Positions 12,664 through 27,099 of a stretch of 64,000 nt of DNA are shown piece by piece (positions within the stretch are counted from its first letter, which is position 1; each line of letters begins with the position of its first letter). The notes under the pieces are model-generated. The model did not search any database. It was not told the origin of the DNA and was given only the letters and a program-made list of their open reading frames with translations. Origin of the DNA: Bilabrum cf. latius (lineage: Eukaryota); contig OZ237773.1 of NCBI GenBank assembly GCA_965178125.1, positions 310,001 through 374,000 on the forward strand. The letters run 5' to 3'. Both the position numbers and the translations under genes were made by a program.

Positions 12664-13230
12664 TCGGGGTCGGGGTCAGGCGGTGGGGCAGGTGCGGGCT
12701 CATGGGCTCCTCCTGCCGAATGGGGCCTGGAGGGGAGGCAGCTGGCGCAGGAGGAGGAGCGGCTGGCGGCCGAGCTGGGCCAGCTAGAGAGGAGGGCTAG
12801 AGTTGCGGATGCGCAGGCGCAGGCAGGAGCTGAATTCGCGAGGCAGAAAGCGGAGGAGGCGGTGCAGCAGGAGCTGGACGACCTCTAGAAGTAGACAGAG
12901 GCGGACAAGCAGGAAGCCAGCGCGGTGGCGGGCCAGGGCGCATTCCTGTAGCGGGCTGTGGGCATGGCGGCGAGGCAAGGGGCCGAGGAGGGCGAGCTGG
13001 CGGCTCGGCTGCTTCGGTCGCTGCTGGATGCCGGCGGGGAACAAACCGTCGATCAGCTGCGCGGCGCTGGCGGTGGGGAGGGCGATACAGGAGCAGGTGC
13101 AGGAGCGGCAAGGGCGGGTGCAATCGGGTCGGGTGACGTCATGCGCGGGGTGTACAAGCTGCTCGGCCGAAGACTTGTGCGGCTGGATCGGTCCTCTGGG
13201 GAACCGGTGGTGACAGCGCTTGTGGGCTGA
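11239..13230 (+). CDS. Unknown coiled-coil protein with Ser-rich linkers
   Basis: Exon 1 11239-11399, phase-2 intron 11400-11495 (GTGAG..GCAG), exon 2 to TGA 13228. TAGs at 11383, 12886, 12892 and 12949. E/R/A/L-rich heptad-like segments. Confidence 0.72.
12601..12666. repeat. (TCG)n microsatellite encoding poly-Ser
   Basis: Read directly; in frame with the coiled-coil gene. Confidence 0.9.
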
Positions 13231-13670
13231 ATGCATCACAGCTTAGTCCCGTGTAGAGAATAGATCTTGAGGGTGGGGGTGTGGCGACCAAACCCATTGC
13301 TTGCAGATGGAGATCGGCAGTTGATCAACCGGCGCTAGTCTAGATCCAACGTCATTAAGGGAGGGCTGCCAGTGGACCAGAACGGGCACTGCTGGCGGTT
13401 GAACGGACCGGGGGTGCCGGCGGCCGGCGCCCGGTTTGCGAGCACTGACGCACATCGGGTAAGGAGTGGCCCCAAGGTGGAGTTTACATGGTTTAGGCCA
13501 TAGCAGCCGAAGCGTGAAGTTGGTTGGTCCGGTCCTGGACGTGTTTTCGTGATAGCGTGCGCTTTTAACTTCAAGTTGATCTCACAAACGGCTAAAACTG
13601 TAGATCCCCCCAAACACCTGGTATACTTGAAGGCGAAGCTCTTAGTGGCCACCTCAGAACAAGTCAACGT

Positions 13671-14867
13671 ATGATGAAGAGGGGTATCACGGACTCGGCT
13701 CCAAGAGCGGAAAAGACATCATCCACGGACGCAAGTTTGGCCCGAGCCCGCAGCACTCCCGGTCCATCCGACGCAATATCTTAGCTAGTAGGGGATGACG
13801 ATCGCGAATCGATGGATCCCAAGTTGTAGTTGGAGGCTATGTTTGCGGCCCCCTAGAGTGCTGAATGTGTGTGTAGAGCTGCTGGCAGAGGTGTATTATC
13901 GGCCTCGGCATCGATCCCAACCACTTGTATTTGCTGCGGACACAAATTCTTCGATAGCGCCATGCAAGCGTTGAAAGATTTTGATAATAGGCTTGTTCGA
14001 GAAGGAAGGCATGTGGGTGATTTGTTGGATAGCGATGGTGCGACATGTGTGGCGGCCACCAGGCTGTTTGAGTCTTCAATCCGAATGCTCGGTCCGACTG
14101 GATTTCTGCATGAAATGATGATGGTGTCGGCCAAAACGCAAGATATTCCAGGCGTTATGAAAAGGTTGACTTTATTTGCTGGATAGTAGCTCCAAGTTAG
14201 GGCCCACGTCTTCCAAAATGTTGGCGAGACGTACGTCCACGATCATGGGCAAAGCTTCATATCCGTAGGACTGCTCGGCGAGTACATCAACCGAACGTGG
14301 AAGATTCTGGATGAATCAATAAAAGACCATGACGCCGTTGCATCTGTGGCCGCGATCTCTGCGAGTGCAGATCAAGCTGGCGAGGTAGCAGCGAGCGGAG
14401 CCGGGTGCGATTCCGCGCCTGCTGGGCACGCGCCGGCGGCTGGCGGGGAGGGGCCCAGTGCCAGTTCCAGTGCTAGTGTAATTCAGTCCCATTTCGCGTT
14501 TCATAGGGAACCAGGCGGCGAAATTACTGCTATAGGTAAGCGGGCAGGCAGACTGGTTTTGGACCGTGAGGAGCCCCACGGCAAAGGGAGGTGGCGGCTT
14601 GTGCATCGCACAGAATTTCATACGGTAGCGCCAAAGGCCAGCTTGGTGGTCACTCTAACATTCCGAGATATGAAGCGAAAACCAGAGCCAGTCACAATTC
14701 TGTCTCCGACTGGGGCGATTCATGCGCCTACACATCCGGTAGTCGAGCTTGATGCGGGTTCTGATGGACAGAGCACGATGCGTGGATTCTGCTTGGCATT
14801 GCTTGCGGATGCTGCAACAAAACTTGAGGAGGCAAAACCGGGTGGAAGCCACAAGCCAAGCGCATGA
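13671..14867 (+). CDS. Unknown protein, about 398 aa, apparently intronless
   Basis: One frame from ATG 13671 to TGA 14865, broken only by TAG (13782, 13827, 13854, 14184, 14187). No family recognised. Confidence 0.6.
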
Positions 14868-14983
14868 TCCTAGCCGATCCATTACACTCAGTCAGGCTGT
14901 TTCGTATGTTATAAAATGACACAAATGTGATTTGCTAGCCACCCTATATGGATCGGGGGAGGTCTACTTATTACCCTGCAGAT

Positions 14984-16818
<1,835 letters not shown>

Positions 16819-17135
16819 GATCCTCACCAAGTACATCGGCTAATTAAGTTTCGTTCTCAAGTGGCACATGGTGTGGACTCGACCTTTGCAGCCTGTTTCA
16901 AGGCATTACGAAGGATCCGTGCTACTCACCTGGCTACCATTCATACACTTGGAGTTCAGCTGTATGCACTTCCTAGGGGTCCTACTTGCTTGTTGCTGCT
17001 CTTCTAATATTTGGCCTGCCTCTGCAATGGCAATGAATCAGTACCGGAAGCGGGAATTCAAATGTACCGGCAGAAATCTAGCACGCCGCTGCTAGTGCGA
17101 ACAGAATGTGTGTCTGGTCGCTGTGTATTCGCTAG

Positions 17136-17282
17136 GATCGTCCCGAAATGTTTCAAGCTCAGGTCCATGATCACTGGATCGACGAAGGATCCAGCCCAGA
17201 TCCGATCCACTGTGCTTAGATCTAGATCGGATCGATTGCACGGATCCGGCTAGGACCCGGATCTTAGCGGTACCGCCGGATC
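17136..17282. other. Intergenic GATC cluster (12 sites in 147 bp)
   Basis: GATC at 17136, 17169, 17177, 17188, 17199, 17204, 17219, 17225, 17230, 17243, 17260 and 17279. Confidence 0.85.
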
Positions 17283-17574
17283 TCCGAGCATTGCGCCCTT
17301 CAAGTGCTTTTGGAGTCAGCCAGCAGCGCGGACCGTAAGTACCCATGCGACGCGAGTGCACTGGCTGCGTCGGGCGACTGCGCGCATGCCATCGCCGCAA
17401 CAGATCTCAGGAGAGTCTCCGGAGGTAGCACGCCACAACTTCGTCGTTTTATCTAGAACCTTTACAAGGGACGAACACAATACAACACAATAAAGTCTAT
17501 ACACAATAGCACAAAGTGTGCCACACACCAACAAATAAGATTATAACACAACACCCTGCGAATCGCAATAGCGC

Positions 17575-20176
17575 TCAGGCCTGCCTGCCTCTCTTCCTGT
17601 CAGGCTCCTCTGAGCCCGAATCTACTTTTAAGGCGTCCTCTTTGCGAGATCGCTTCGTGCCAATGCTACTAGGATCTTCTTTCGGATCCATATGTGCTCC
17701 GTATTCCATGCTCTGAATGCCAAAAGCAACGCTATTGGCGTTCGTTGGTGACCCTACGTGCACCCCGCGGGGCCTACGTGGCCTAACCGTTGAAGATCGC
17801 CCAGCCATTGTTAACTGCAGGCGCATGGGTTTCCCGCCATGATTGGATGTTCCACCCAGCCTGTCGGCACTCAGCAACCCGCGTGCCTGACCGCTGCCGC
17901 TAGCCCCGTCGCTGTCGCTGCGGTTAGAATCCGCGTCGCAGTCGCTCTCATGCGCATCTTGCTCTTCCTCGCCACAAGGACTGCTCGATCGATGTCCCTT
18001 CGGTGTCGTCGATTTCCTCTCTGCGATCCTCGCCGCCATGGCGGCCTGCAGCCGCACCTCCCTTGCCCTCCGGATCTCCTCCTGGGCCGCTGCCTCTCTG
18101 CGTCTAGCCATCTCTTTCAGCTGCCGCTACTGCTCCTCCAGCATATGCCTGGCCCTTAGTCGAGCCAAGCCGGCCTCCAGCTGCTCAAGTGCTTGGTTGT
18201 CCGGCAACGACCTGCCTGCACCATCGTGCGGTGCACCCAGATCCAGAGTAGACTCCAGCAAGACAGTGTGTGGTTCTCCTACCCCGGGCGTCTCGTTGCG
18301 CACCGTTTGAAAGCGGACAGGCCTGCACACAGCAGCCCTCTACCGCTAGCCCCAAGAGTCCTGCAGCACCCCCAGTGTGCTCCCATTCAGAGCACTGGCT
18401 CGAAGGTGATGATGCGCATCCCATGCGGCGCCTCCACCCAGCGCCGACTACACGGGACCCGCTCCCGCATCAGAGATCCCGGTATATTCCACGGAAGCAT
18501 TGGAGCTTGATGCACTTGCTGCTGCCGCAGCAGCTGCCATCGATGCAACACGGGCTGCAGCCCTGGCGGCAAAGGCAGCGCGTGCTACCGCTGCAGCAGC
18601 TTCGTTCGAATGCCCGCTCCTATGCCTGTCGGCACCATGCAGCCCGATGTACGCATTGCTGCTCTAATGCATTGGGTCCTGCTGCTGTGGAACGCGCTGT
18701 CCACCCTGACCCTGACTGTACACCCCTTGCGCTTCGTGAGTGCCCCACGACCTCATGGTAGTGTAGCTCGCGCTAGGGCCTGTCTGCAGCTGCGAGGGCT
18801 CTGCTGTCGAGTGGGAGGACGTTGTCGTGGCGAGTGACCTGCTCGACGTGGAGGCTGTCGTGATCGAGTCGCTGTACGAGAGGGCACTACGGGGCAGGGG
18901 AGCGATGGGCCCCGATTCAGTCCGACTGCCACCGCTCCGATCCGAATTGGCTTGCAGGTGCTGCGCTGTACTGTAGCTGTACCCGTAGGTCTCGCCGTAG
19001 GAGACAGAATCCGGCGGCTGCATGATTCCGAGGGTGGAGCGGGGACTTCTCCCTTCCCTGCCGCCCACTTGGATACATGCACCCTGCGATGGGTTGCTCT
19101 GTAGTGCTTGCGATGCATTCCTGCCTCCGTGCAGTCCATTCTCGCTGCTGCTGCTGCTGCTGCTGCTTATGCTTTCCATGTAAGGTGGCTGCCCATGAGG
19201 ATCTTGGTGCCCCTAGGGCTGCTGCTGATGCTAGGATACGTGGGGAGTCACCGGAGACAAGGCGCCACCCGGCCCAATCATCAGGCTGCGCGCGCTGCTG
19301 TACACAGATCCGATCATCAGGCCTGCAACGGGAGGGGGCACCTCCTCGGCGTACCTCGGCGGCAGGGAGCGGAGGGACTGCCCGCTGCCCGAGAAATTTG
19401 AGCTGATCTCGGACAGAGAAGGCGGGGGGGGCTCCGGGGGCCCGCCGGCCCACTTGCTGTCGGCGAACATGGGGCGGTTGGAGGAGGGGCCTGCCTGGCC
19501 AGTGAGTTGTTCCCCAGCTGCTAGCATGGAGGGAGGAGCCGGTTCCACCTGGCGTAGTGACCCGTACTGGTTCTCTACCCAGGGGACCGGTCCTTGCTGT
19601 TGCCCTTGCTGCTGCTCTTGCCATCGACCGGCCCCTCTCCCGGACGATGAAAGGGGCGTGGAGCCTTGGTGGTCTCGCAGTTGGGTGGACACCATGGGCA
19701 TGGGACCCGGGAAGCTGAGGCCCTACGTGGATCCATCCAGCTGAGGATACCCCCCATGCTGCCCGCTGCTGGTGGAGGCGTCGTCATCGGCCGGCGGATT
19801 CACCGGGCCGAGACCCAGCCCCTCGAGCCCGCTGCCCATGGAGGCGCCCGAGCCCGGGCGAGTGGAGTGAGGGTCGTCCAGGCTGCCGCTGACGATGCTT
19901 TCATTCGGGGAAAATGACCCTCTCATGTGGGACCGTGCGCTGTGCACTCCCCCGCTCGCGCCATCGAGCAAGCCGTCATTGTTGTAGTCCCAGCGGTCCT
20001 CGCTGCCAGCTCGAGCGGCTCGACCACCTGCGAACCAGTTCAACAAGCAGCTGAAACAATTATAATAATATAGGGCGAATGTGCTTCGATAGCATCTCAA
20101 AGAAGCTCTCGCGAATCTCACGGTGCGATGCCATCAGCTGCGGTGACTGTTCGGCGTCTTTGTGCGGAGAACTCAT
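17575..20176 (-). CDS. Unknown low-complexity protein (paralog B)
   Basis: ATG 20176, phase-1 intron 20121-20028, then one frame to TGA 17575 with TAGs at 19723, 19231, 19213, 18664, 18448, 18346, 18340 and 18127. Same exon layout as paralog A and shares sequence blocks with it. Confidence 0.72.
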
Positions 20177-21015
20177 TTTCTGCGAGAGAGCCCGAGACGC
20201 ATATACTCATGCAATGATATCACGATAGTTTGATGAATCATATCCTTGTTTTTAATCCTTGCCCGGCCGGACTTTGACCATCAAGAAGGCAAACCAAAAG
20301 GCACACCGGTATGCACCGCGTTAGGCACTAGAACCAGGCATGGCATGCAGTACTTATTCGACAGTATAAATACTGAAGCCGTTTTGAATAAATTAGCCCG
20401 AACTGATGCCGATTTCATTGGAAATCCCAGGCAGGGGTCAGTCGCTTGGAGTGGCCACCTTCACGCCAGGTGCCCAACTCCGAAATACCGACAGTAAGAA
20501 CGGGAGTCTAGTACATGTCAGGCAGCCAAACGGAAATAATGAAGTACCATCTCACCTGGATAATAGTACAAGAGATTTCGATCTTGGTTAGATGTGGAGG
20601 GGCGCTTGCGATGTGCGGCCGTCGGTTCTGATTATTGGTTCCGAACCATTTTGTAGTTTGCCACCATCGTTGGCTGTTGACGAAGGCTGCAAGAGAACGT
20701 GACCATCGGTGCCGGTATGGATCAGGATTTTTTTTATAAAACAAACATACATGGAGAAACTACCAATGTTGCTTGATGTATCGCAGCGCCCAAGCTGTGC
20801 TCCCAATCAAAACGAACGAGGGCTCTAACGAGAAAGCACCCGCGAAGGCCACCGTCACAGGGATGATGGCACGTGGGTCCGCTCGGGTAGCCGGGGCTGG
20901 ATGGGATGCATCTGGCCACCGCTGCTGGAATCGCAGCTGCTATAGCTGGCCTCTACCTCCTTCTATTTGTGCTTGGACACGTCCTGCTGGACGAGATCCA
21001 AGCGCTAATAGAACG

Positions 21016-21067
21016 GCGACTCGCCCTTCGCGATCGTCCGATCGGACGATCGCGAAGGGCGAGTCGC
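21016..21067. repeat. Perfect 52-bp palindrome with no loop
   Basis: gcgactcgcccttcgcgatcgtccga is followed immediately by its exact reverse complement tcggacgatcgcgaagggcgagtcgc. Confidence 0.95.
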
Positions 21068-21201
21068 AGAAGCTAGAAAACAGCAGCAGCGGCAAATGCG
21101 GCAGAGCAGACAAGTAGCCGAGAGTACCGCCCCCCCCTCCCCTCCCACCCGACTCGCCCGCGCATAGACACTGCAGCGCAGTGCACCCGGACGGCACGAA
21201 A

Positions 21202-22320
21202 TCAGCTTCCCCCACACCCGCTGCTGGCAGGCACCCATGACCGGGAACAGTGCTGTTCCGTCCAAGCCTCGGCTTGGTCCACCGGCAGCGACTGGACCTG
21301 GGCGATTCCCGCCCTGTAGGCCTCCTCCCACCTCTGCAGGCATACAAGCCGGCGCTTCCCGTCGTCCAGCCTCGACTTGTGGGTGCCCGCGCTCACCTCC
21401 TCGACTTCATCCTCGTCCGCGTCGCTTGAGATCGAACCGGGGCGCGAGTCAGCGGCGCAGCCATCGACTGGGGCAGATGGCGCACTCGTCACAGGCTTGG
21501 CTCCAGCGGAAGCATCCAGAGTGCTCTCGAGCACCACGGCATCACCGATGGAACTGTCGCGCGTTACCCTGGTCACCTGCATCGGCACGGGCAAAGAGTT
21601 CGCATGCCGATGCACTGGGTCTGCCCCGGGCTCCACGCGGCGGCGCTTCGCAGGCGGGGGGCCCTTCCCTCCCTCTGCCTCTGCCTCTGTCTCACCCTCA
21701 CGGCCAGCGCCTGAGCTTGAGCACTCCCCCGAGTCGCGCGGGCGCCGCTGCCCTGGGACGCTGCGGCAATCGGGCATGGGTCCAGGTATGCCTTGCGAGT
21801 CGGCGGAGGTGTCGGTGCCGATGCCTCTGTGGGCGACACCGCCAGCAACAGCGGGCTGTGGACCGGTGGCCAGCATACCCTCACCGAGGGAGTCAGAATC
21901 AGAGGAAATGCGGCTGCGACCTGAGACGTCGCTCCATTGGGACCTGGCTTCACCTCCGTCTTCCTCGTCGTCCAGCTCTTGCCCTTCCTGGCTTGCGCCG
22001 GACTCCGACTCCGTGGGAGCCTCGGGATCGCTCGAGGTTGATCCCTGATCGTCTCCTGCCGGGAGCCGTGCTTGAGGTACTTCGATACCTGCTTGCCCAT
22101 GTTGTGGGCCGGGATGAAAGACAGGAGGCTCGCCATGTCCACTTATGAACCCGCTGGTCTAATCGTCTCCAAGCTGGGACTCCGGCGTTAAGCAATCCCG
22201 CTCGATCCATTCGTCGAGGTTCGAAGACGGAGACAATGAAGGTGATAGACCTAGAACAGCATCGGAATCCAATGATCCTACAGTTCCCTCCAAACTGTTC
22301 GGCATTGGTTCCTGGCCACC
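21202..22320 (-). CDS. Unknown acidic/disordered protein with NLS-like PPPAKRRRV (gene D); upstream exon unresolved
   Basis: GCAG acceptor at 22321, open frame to TGA 21202 with one TAG (22159). Contains AVVLESTLD, similar to paralogs A and B. Confidence 0.6.
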
Positions 22321-23347
22321 CTGCGAATATATGAATAAATTCAACGGTTGTGGTGCAGCATTTCATATCCCGACATACCACGTAGTCACGGCGAGGGGTA
22401 CAATACAGTCTGAGCCCATCACCCAATTCAATACACAAAGTTGCAAATGATGGAGCAACGCATTGCCCAAGCATCAGGATTACGGAGCACGCACAGCACG
22501 AAGTATCGAAAAAGTTGCATTAGCGCGACAGACACATAGCATCGCTCACGCTGCTGTTTCGCTCCGCGGTTGGTGATTGGCTGTACATTGAGTCTGTTTC
22601 AGAAGTACAGTCTGAAATCATCCACCAGGCTTGGTGGTTCATTTTTTCGTGGCTAGGTCATCGAGCCGCTGCGCGAGTTCGGTTTAATTTTTGTTGTAAC
22701 GTTATAGCTACAGTCGCAGTTGCAACCGCCCACTGAAAAGAATTGGTCGCACCGACACATCCGGATGGATCGCTTGCGTTGTGGGCTGCCTTGCGTACTG
22801 TTGCATGGCGTTACGTTGGTAGCTGGATTTGACATGCAGTATTGGCTTCAGGGACGAGCAAATCAACTGGCCTTGACCTCTCGTCTTGCCTCGTGCTCCA
22901 CTCCACACTTTCCCAACACTGCCCCTCCCCCGTGTCCAGCTTTCCCACCCCTTCACCTTCACTGATGGGAGCACTACCCTGCTCTTTTCAGGGACCATGC
23001 CGCCACCTCACCCCCACACTGCACGCACTCGACATTCGACTTTTTAAACACTTTATTTGGTGTAGTCAACTCGAAGTGCTACGAACAGCGCGGAAGCAAA
23101 GCTCTCGCCTTTGATGGGCCAGAGCGGTTCCCCTGCTACGCCTAACGGCTGCAGGAGGCTTTGTAGAAATAATATTTCCAAATGTATCGTTTTACTGCGG
23201 TGGGGAGAGGCATCGGTAGTAAAGGTGCGGTTGTGGGGTGCCTGGTGTCTGCAATCTGTCGAACTGCCATATCCTCCAGGGCTTCCGTGCCAGCTCACGG
23301 TAAGCCCTGCTTCACTGCCTTACCTATTAGATGAATCCTATCGATTA

Positions 23348-23435
23348 ATAATGGGCGCGGTGGAAAATCACCACCGCGCCGTTCCTTGATGATAATGGGC
23401 GCGGTGGTTAACAACCACCACGCCGATCCTTGATG
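23348..23435. repeat. Two tandem 44-bp units, each a GC-rich hairpin
   Basis: ataatgggcgcggtgg-N7-ccacc(g/a)cgccg(t/a)tccttgatg twice. The 10-bp stem ggcgcggtgg/ccaccgcgcc is perfect in unit 1 and has one mismatch in unit 2. Confidence 0.88.
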
Positions 23436-23498
23436 TATTTCATTCTTCCCTTGCTGGGTTTCTGGGTTTTGCTGCTTTCCGATGCAGCCCGCGCTCGC

Positions 23499-24734
23499 TC
23501 ACTGCCGTGCTCGCTTCATGCCGGCCACCAGCCTCTCGCGGCCCTCTCTAAGAGGCTGCAGCCGGGCCTCCTCGGCGGCACACCGGGCGCAGAGAGGGGG
23601 GTGGTATGGCTACTGACCGGCGCGAGCGGATGCAGATGACGAGGTAGAAGACGATGGTGATGACCCGGCGGTCAAGTCCATGCGGTCGACGAGCACGTCG
23701 GCCTCACCGGCGGCATTCACGACGCGCCAGTGGGCGTAGAAAGCTGCATTGGCTTGCAGTGCACCTGTTGGCGGCATGGCTGGCGGCACGGTTGGCTGCT
23801 TGAAAGCGCTCGATGAGGTGCTTGGATCGACCCGGAGGCGCTTCGCAGGCGGTTCTTCGCCGTCGTCGTTGTTGTCTGCCTCCTCGACCGAGGCCACTGG
23901 TTCAGCCCCAGCATCAGTATCAGCGCTGGGCTCACCATCCGCACCTGTGATGGGCTCACCGACCTCGCGCTCATCGATGACAGAGCCATCGTCAGCGTCA
24001 GCGTCGCACTCCGATGGCAGAACCACGGAGCCTCCAGAGGTCGACCGCCCGCGGGACGCACCCGCAAGCACTTCAGGCAGGTGCGACGACAGGGGGTTGG
24101 AATCGGAGTCGGAAACGCGCCTGTCCCTCTCCCTGTCCTGCAGCGAGCCCTCGCCATCCTCGTCCTCGTCCTCGTCCTCCTCCTCGTCCCCCCTTGCACA
24201 GTGGAGCAAAGTGAGAACGCTGGCGGGCCGGGTGGAGAACCCCGAAGTGTCGCCGTCCTCCTCGTCGCCCTTGCCAGCGTGACCACCCTTGGATGACGCA
24301 GTTGCGTACGCGTCTGGATTACCTTCGATTTGTTGCGCCGCAGTGACGGGGCTTCCCGAGCATGCATCGAGCTGGGATGCTCGTCCATCGACAGAAAGAC
24401 GAAACATATCACCGATTGCTTGCGGCTCAGCATCGTCGGCAGCAGGGCTGAAGCGATCACTTCCAGAGAAAAAATCCGCATTCTCAATAAGTGCGATCGA
24501 ATCACTGGCAGGGGAGAACCTGCCCACTGGCTGCTGGTACAGGAGTGAATCAGGACTGCTGGTACCGCCGGCCCGTACGGATGGGTTGCCGGCGACGCTG
24601 CTTCCACCGAAGCACTGCATTTCTGCGTCAGACACATCAAACGGACCACTAAAGTTGCAGTCGCGGCCACTACCAATTACCGCATCGTGGAAGTTGTCGG
24701 GTACCTCAGCGAAGGACTGCTCCCCCGAAATCAC
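23499..24734 (-). CDS. Unknown acidic/disordered protein with NLS-like PPAKRLRV (gene E); upstream exon unresolved
   Basis: CAG acceptor at 24735, open frame with one TAG (23610) to TGA 23499. Confidence 0.6.
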
Positions 24735-25413
24735 CTGAGGATCAAAATGACAGCTGGCACATTCAAAAACTGCTATTTCATATTACGCGGACGTAGCTAT
24801 ATCGAGCGATTGCTGACTGAAATGTAAAGCTTGACGCTGTCGGAAGCCCTACAGCTACTCAATTGTGATAGCCGAGATATGGTCAGGTTCAGCAACACAT
24901 AAGGTACGCGCAACACAATTGCATCCGCAGTATAACATTACATGCAATAAATCCGCTCTTTAATCCGCAGGGGTGGTGCTTCCATCAAAATTTCCCGGTT
25001 AAGTATACTCACTATTGCACCCGTGTTGTCGGCCTACACCACCCCTAGACGTACCTGTGCGAACATCTCAACTGTAGAGGATGGAATACATGGTATCTCC
25101 CGATCTTGGCTAGGAGGAATACGCGGCCGCTGCATGAATGCGCCAGGGGACGCAAAGAAATGTCTCGACGTCGCTTCTGCGAGAATCATCGGCGCCGCGC
25201 ATTTCTTCCCCACTAATGAGCGGTTCCGTTCTTGAGCCGGTTAGATCTAGTATTTGAGTGCCACAGAGCACGCCGTCGCGTGCATTCGCGTCCTCCTTAC
25301 ATTACGACCATTGGAAGCTTAGCAGTATTTCGAATGGGCTATCAACGCTGGCGAAGAAAGTGGGAATATCAGACGGGTGCCTTTCAAACAAAGAATTACG
25401 GCACCATTATACA

Positions 25414-27099
25414 TCAGGACCTCTCTCGCTTCTATCCAAGTGCTGACGTTCGCCCTATGTCGATGAAGGTCTCATCCTCATCTTCGCCGGAGGCGCTACC
25501 AGCACCGTTCACGCTAGCCACTGGGCCTTGCTGCACCCGCCGCCGCTTGCTTGCTCTCGCTTCACCGTCGCCACCGTCCGAGTCGTTGCGCTACCTATGA
25601 AGGTCACTGGTTCTATCAGCGATTGGCCTAGTGCCGCCGCCGCCCGGGCCGCGTGCACTGCCTGCACTGCCTGCACTTGCTGTGGGCCCGCTGCCTCTGC
25701 CGGTGGCACCCCTTCCTGCGTGGGGAGGCAGCGCGTCCACGCTCGGGAATCTAAAAACAGAATCCATTGCCTGAGCCATAGGGCTATTTGGGACGGACCC
25801 TGATCCCCAGGACAGCTGCCTGTGCATGCTAGCAGAGCCAGAGCCAGAGCCGCTGCCAGAGTGACAGCCAGTGCCAGAGCCAGTGCCCGAGCCAGTGCCA
25901 GTAAAGGATCTACTCCCCGAGTCCATCGACCCATACAACTGCCGCATGTAATTGGATGACCCCAGTGAGCTCAGAGATACGGGCGACTGGCACTCCGCGG
26001 CAGACTCAGTGGAGCCCAGCGAGGCACTGACCGGGCCTGCCTCCGCCCCGTCAAGTAGACCGGCTGCAGACATTGCTCCACCGGTTGCAACCAGCCTACT
26101 CCGACCGCTCTCGGCTCGTGGAGCACTTGGAGTAGCTCCCAATGCCATAGAATCGCCAGACCGGGCCATCCATACAGCTGCTTCCTCTGGCTCCAGTACC
26201 GACGGGGCCATGAGAGCAGCAGCACCCGCCGTTGCCATCAAAAATGATGGGAATGATGATAAAGAGGATGATGAGGACGAGGGTGGTGATGTTGAGGAGC
26301 CGCTAGACGATGACGTGCTGGAGGGCATCGGCTCCTCCTGCGCTTGCCGACTCTCACCGGTGAAGAAGCCAGACGCAGTAGCGGGGGTCGACTGTGGCCG
26401 AACCAAGGCAACTGTCCCGGCCCTTTCCCCTTTCCCTTCCCTTTCCCTTCCCTGCCCCGGCTCATGGCCTCGGCCTTGCTTGCTGCTTGTGCTGCTGGTG
26501 GCACTGCCGCCGCTGATACCTGTGCCGCTACCGCTGGTACCTGTGCTGCTGCTGCGCTGCATCACGGCGCGGACCCGCGCAGGCCGTGCAGCACGCGTGC
26601 CAAGGCGCGCAAGGGATGGTGGGTTGGCTTGGCGGCGGGTGTTCCCGGCGGAAGCTTGCCTCGCAAGTCTCTTGCTCAGCCTCAGGCTGGCACGACGCTA
26701 GTCGTGGCCCAGACTGCCCAACAGCACGTCCGTCCAATGCACCGGGCCACCTGCCCGGGAGCGGCCATGTGGGGGCTGGATGGACGTATCAAGTACTCGA
26801 GGTGTATGTGCCGGGTGCTCTATGCCCTCGTCCTCCTCGCCCTGTTCGATGCTCTCCTAGTACTACTAGTAGTCCGCGCTGCTGGCGTCGCTGTCCAGAT
26901 ATGCAGGCGCTGGTATCTCGTAATTCTCACCAAAGGAGGCGGTGTCTGCTCCAAGCGAGTTATAGCTGACACTTGAAGAATAATCTTGCTCCATGAAAGT
27001 TGCATCTCCTGCTGCAAACTGCTGCAATTGGTCGTTCTGCGTCGCGCGTCGAGGAATCCGTCCGTGGACTGCTGGGCTGGCTTCACCAAACCGATCCAT
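25414..27099 (-). CDS. Unknown Ser/Gly-rich protein, about 561 aa, with KRRRV motif (gene F)
   Basis: ATG 27099 to TGA 25414 in one frame, with TAGs at 26866, 26863, 26857, 26698, 25591 and 25432. Confidence 0.6.
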
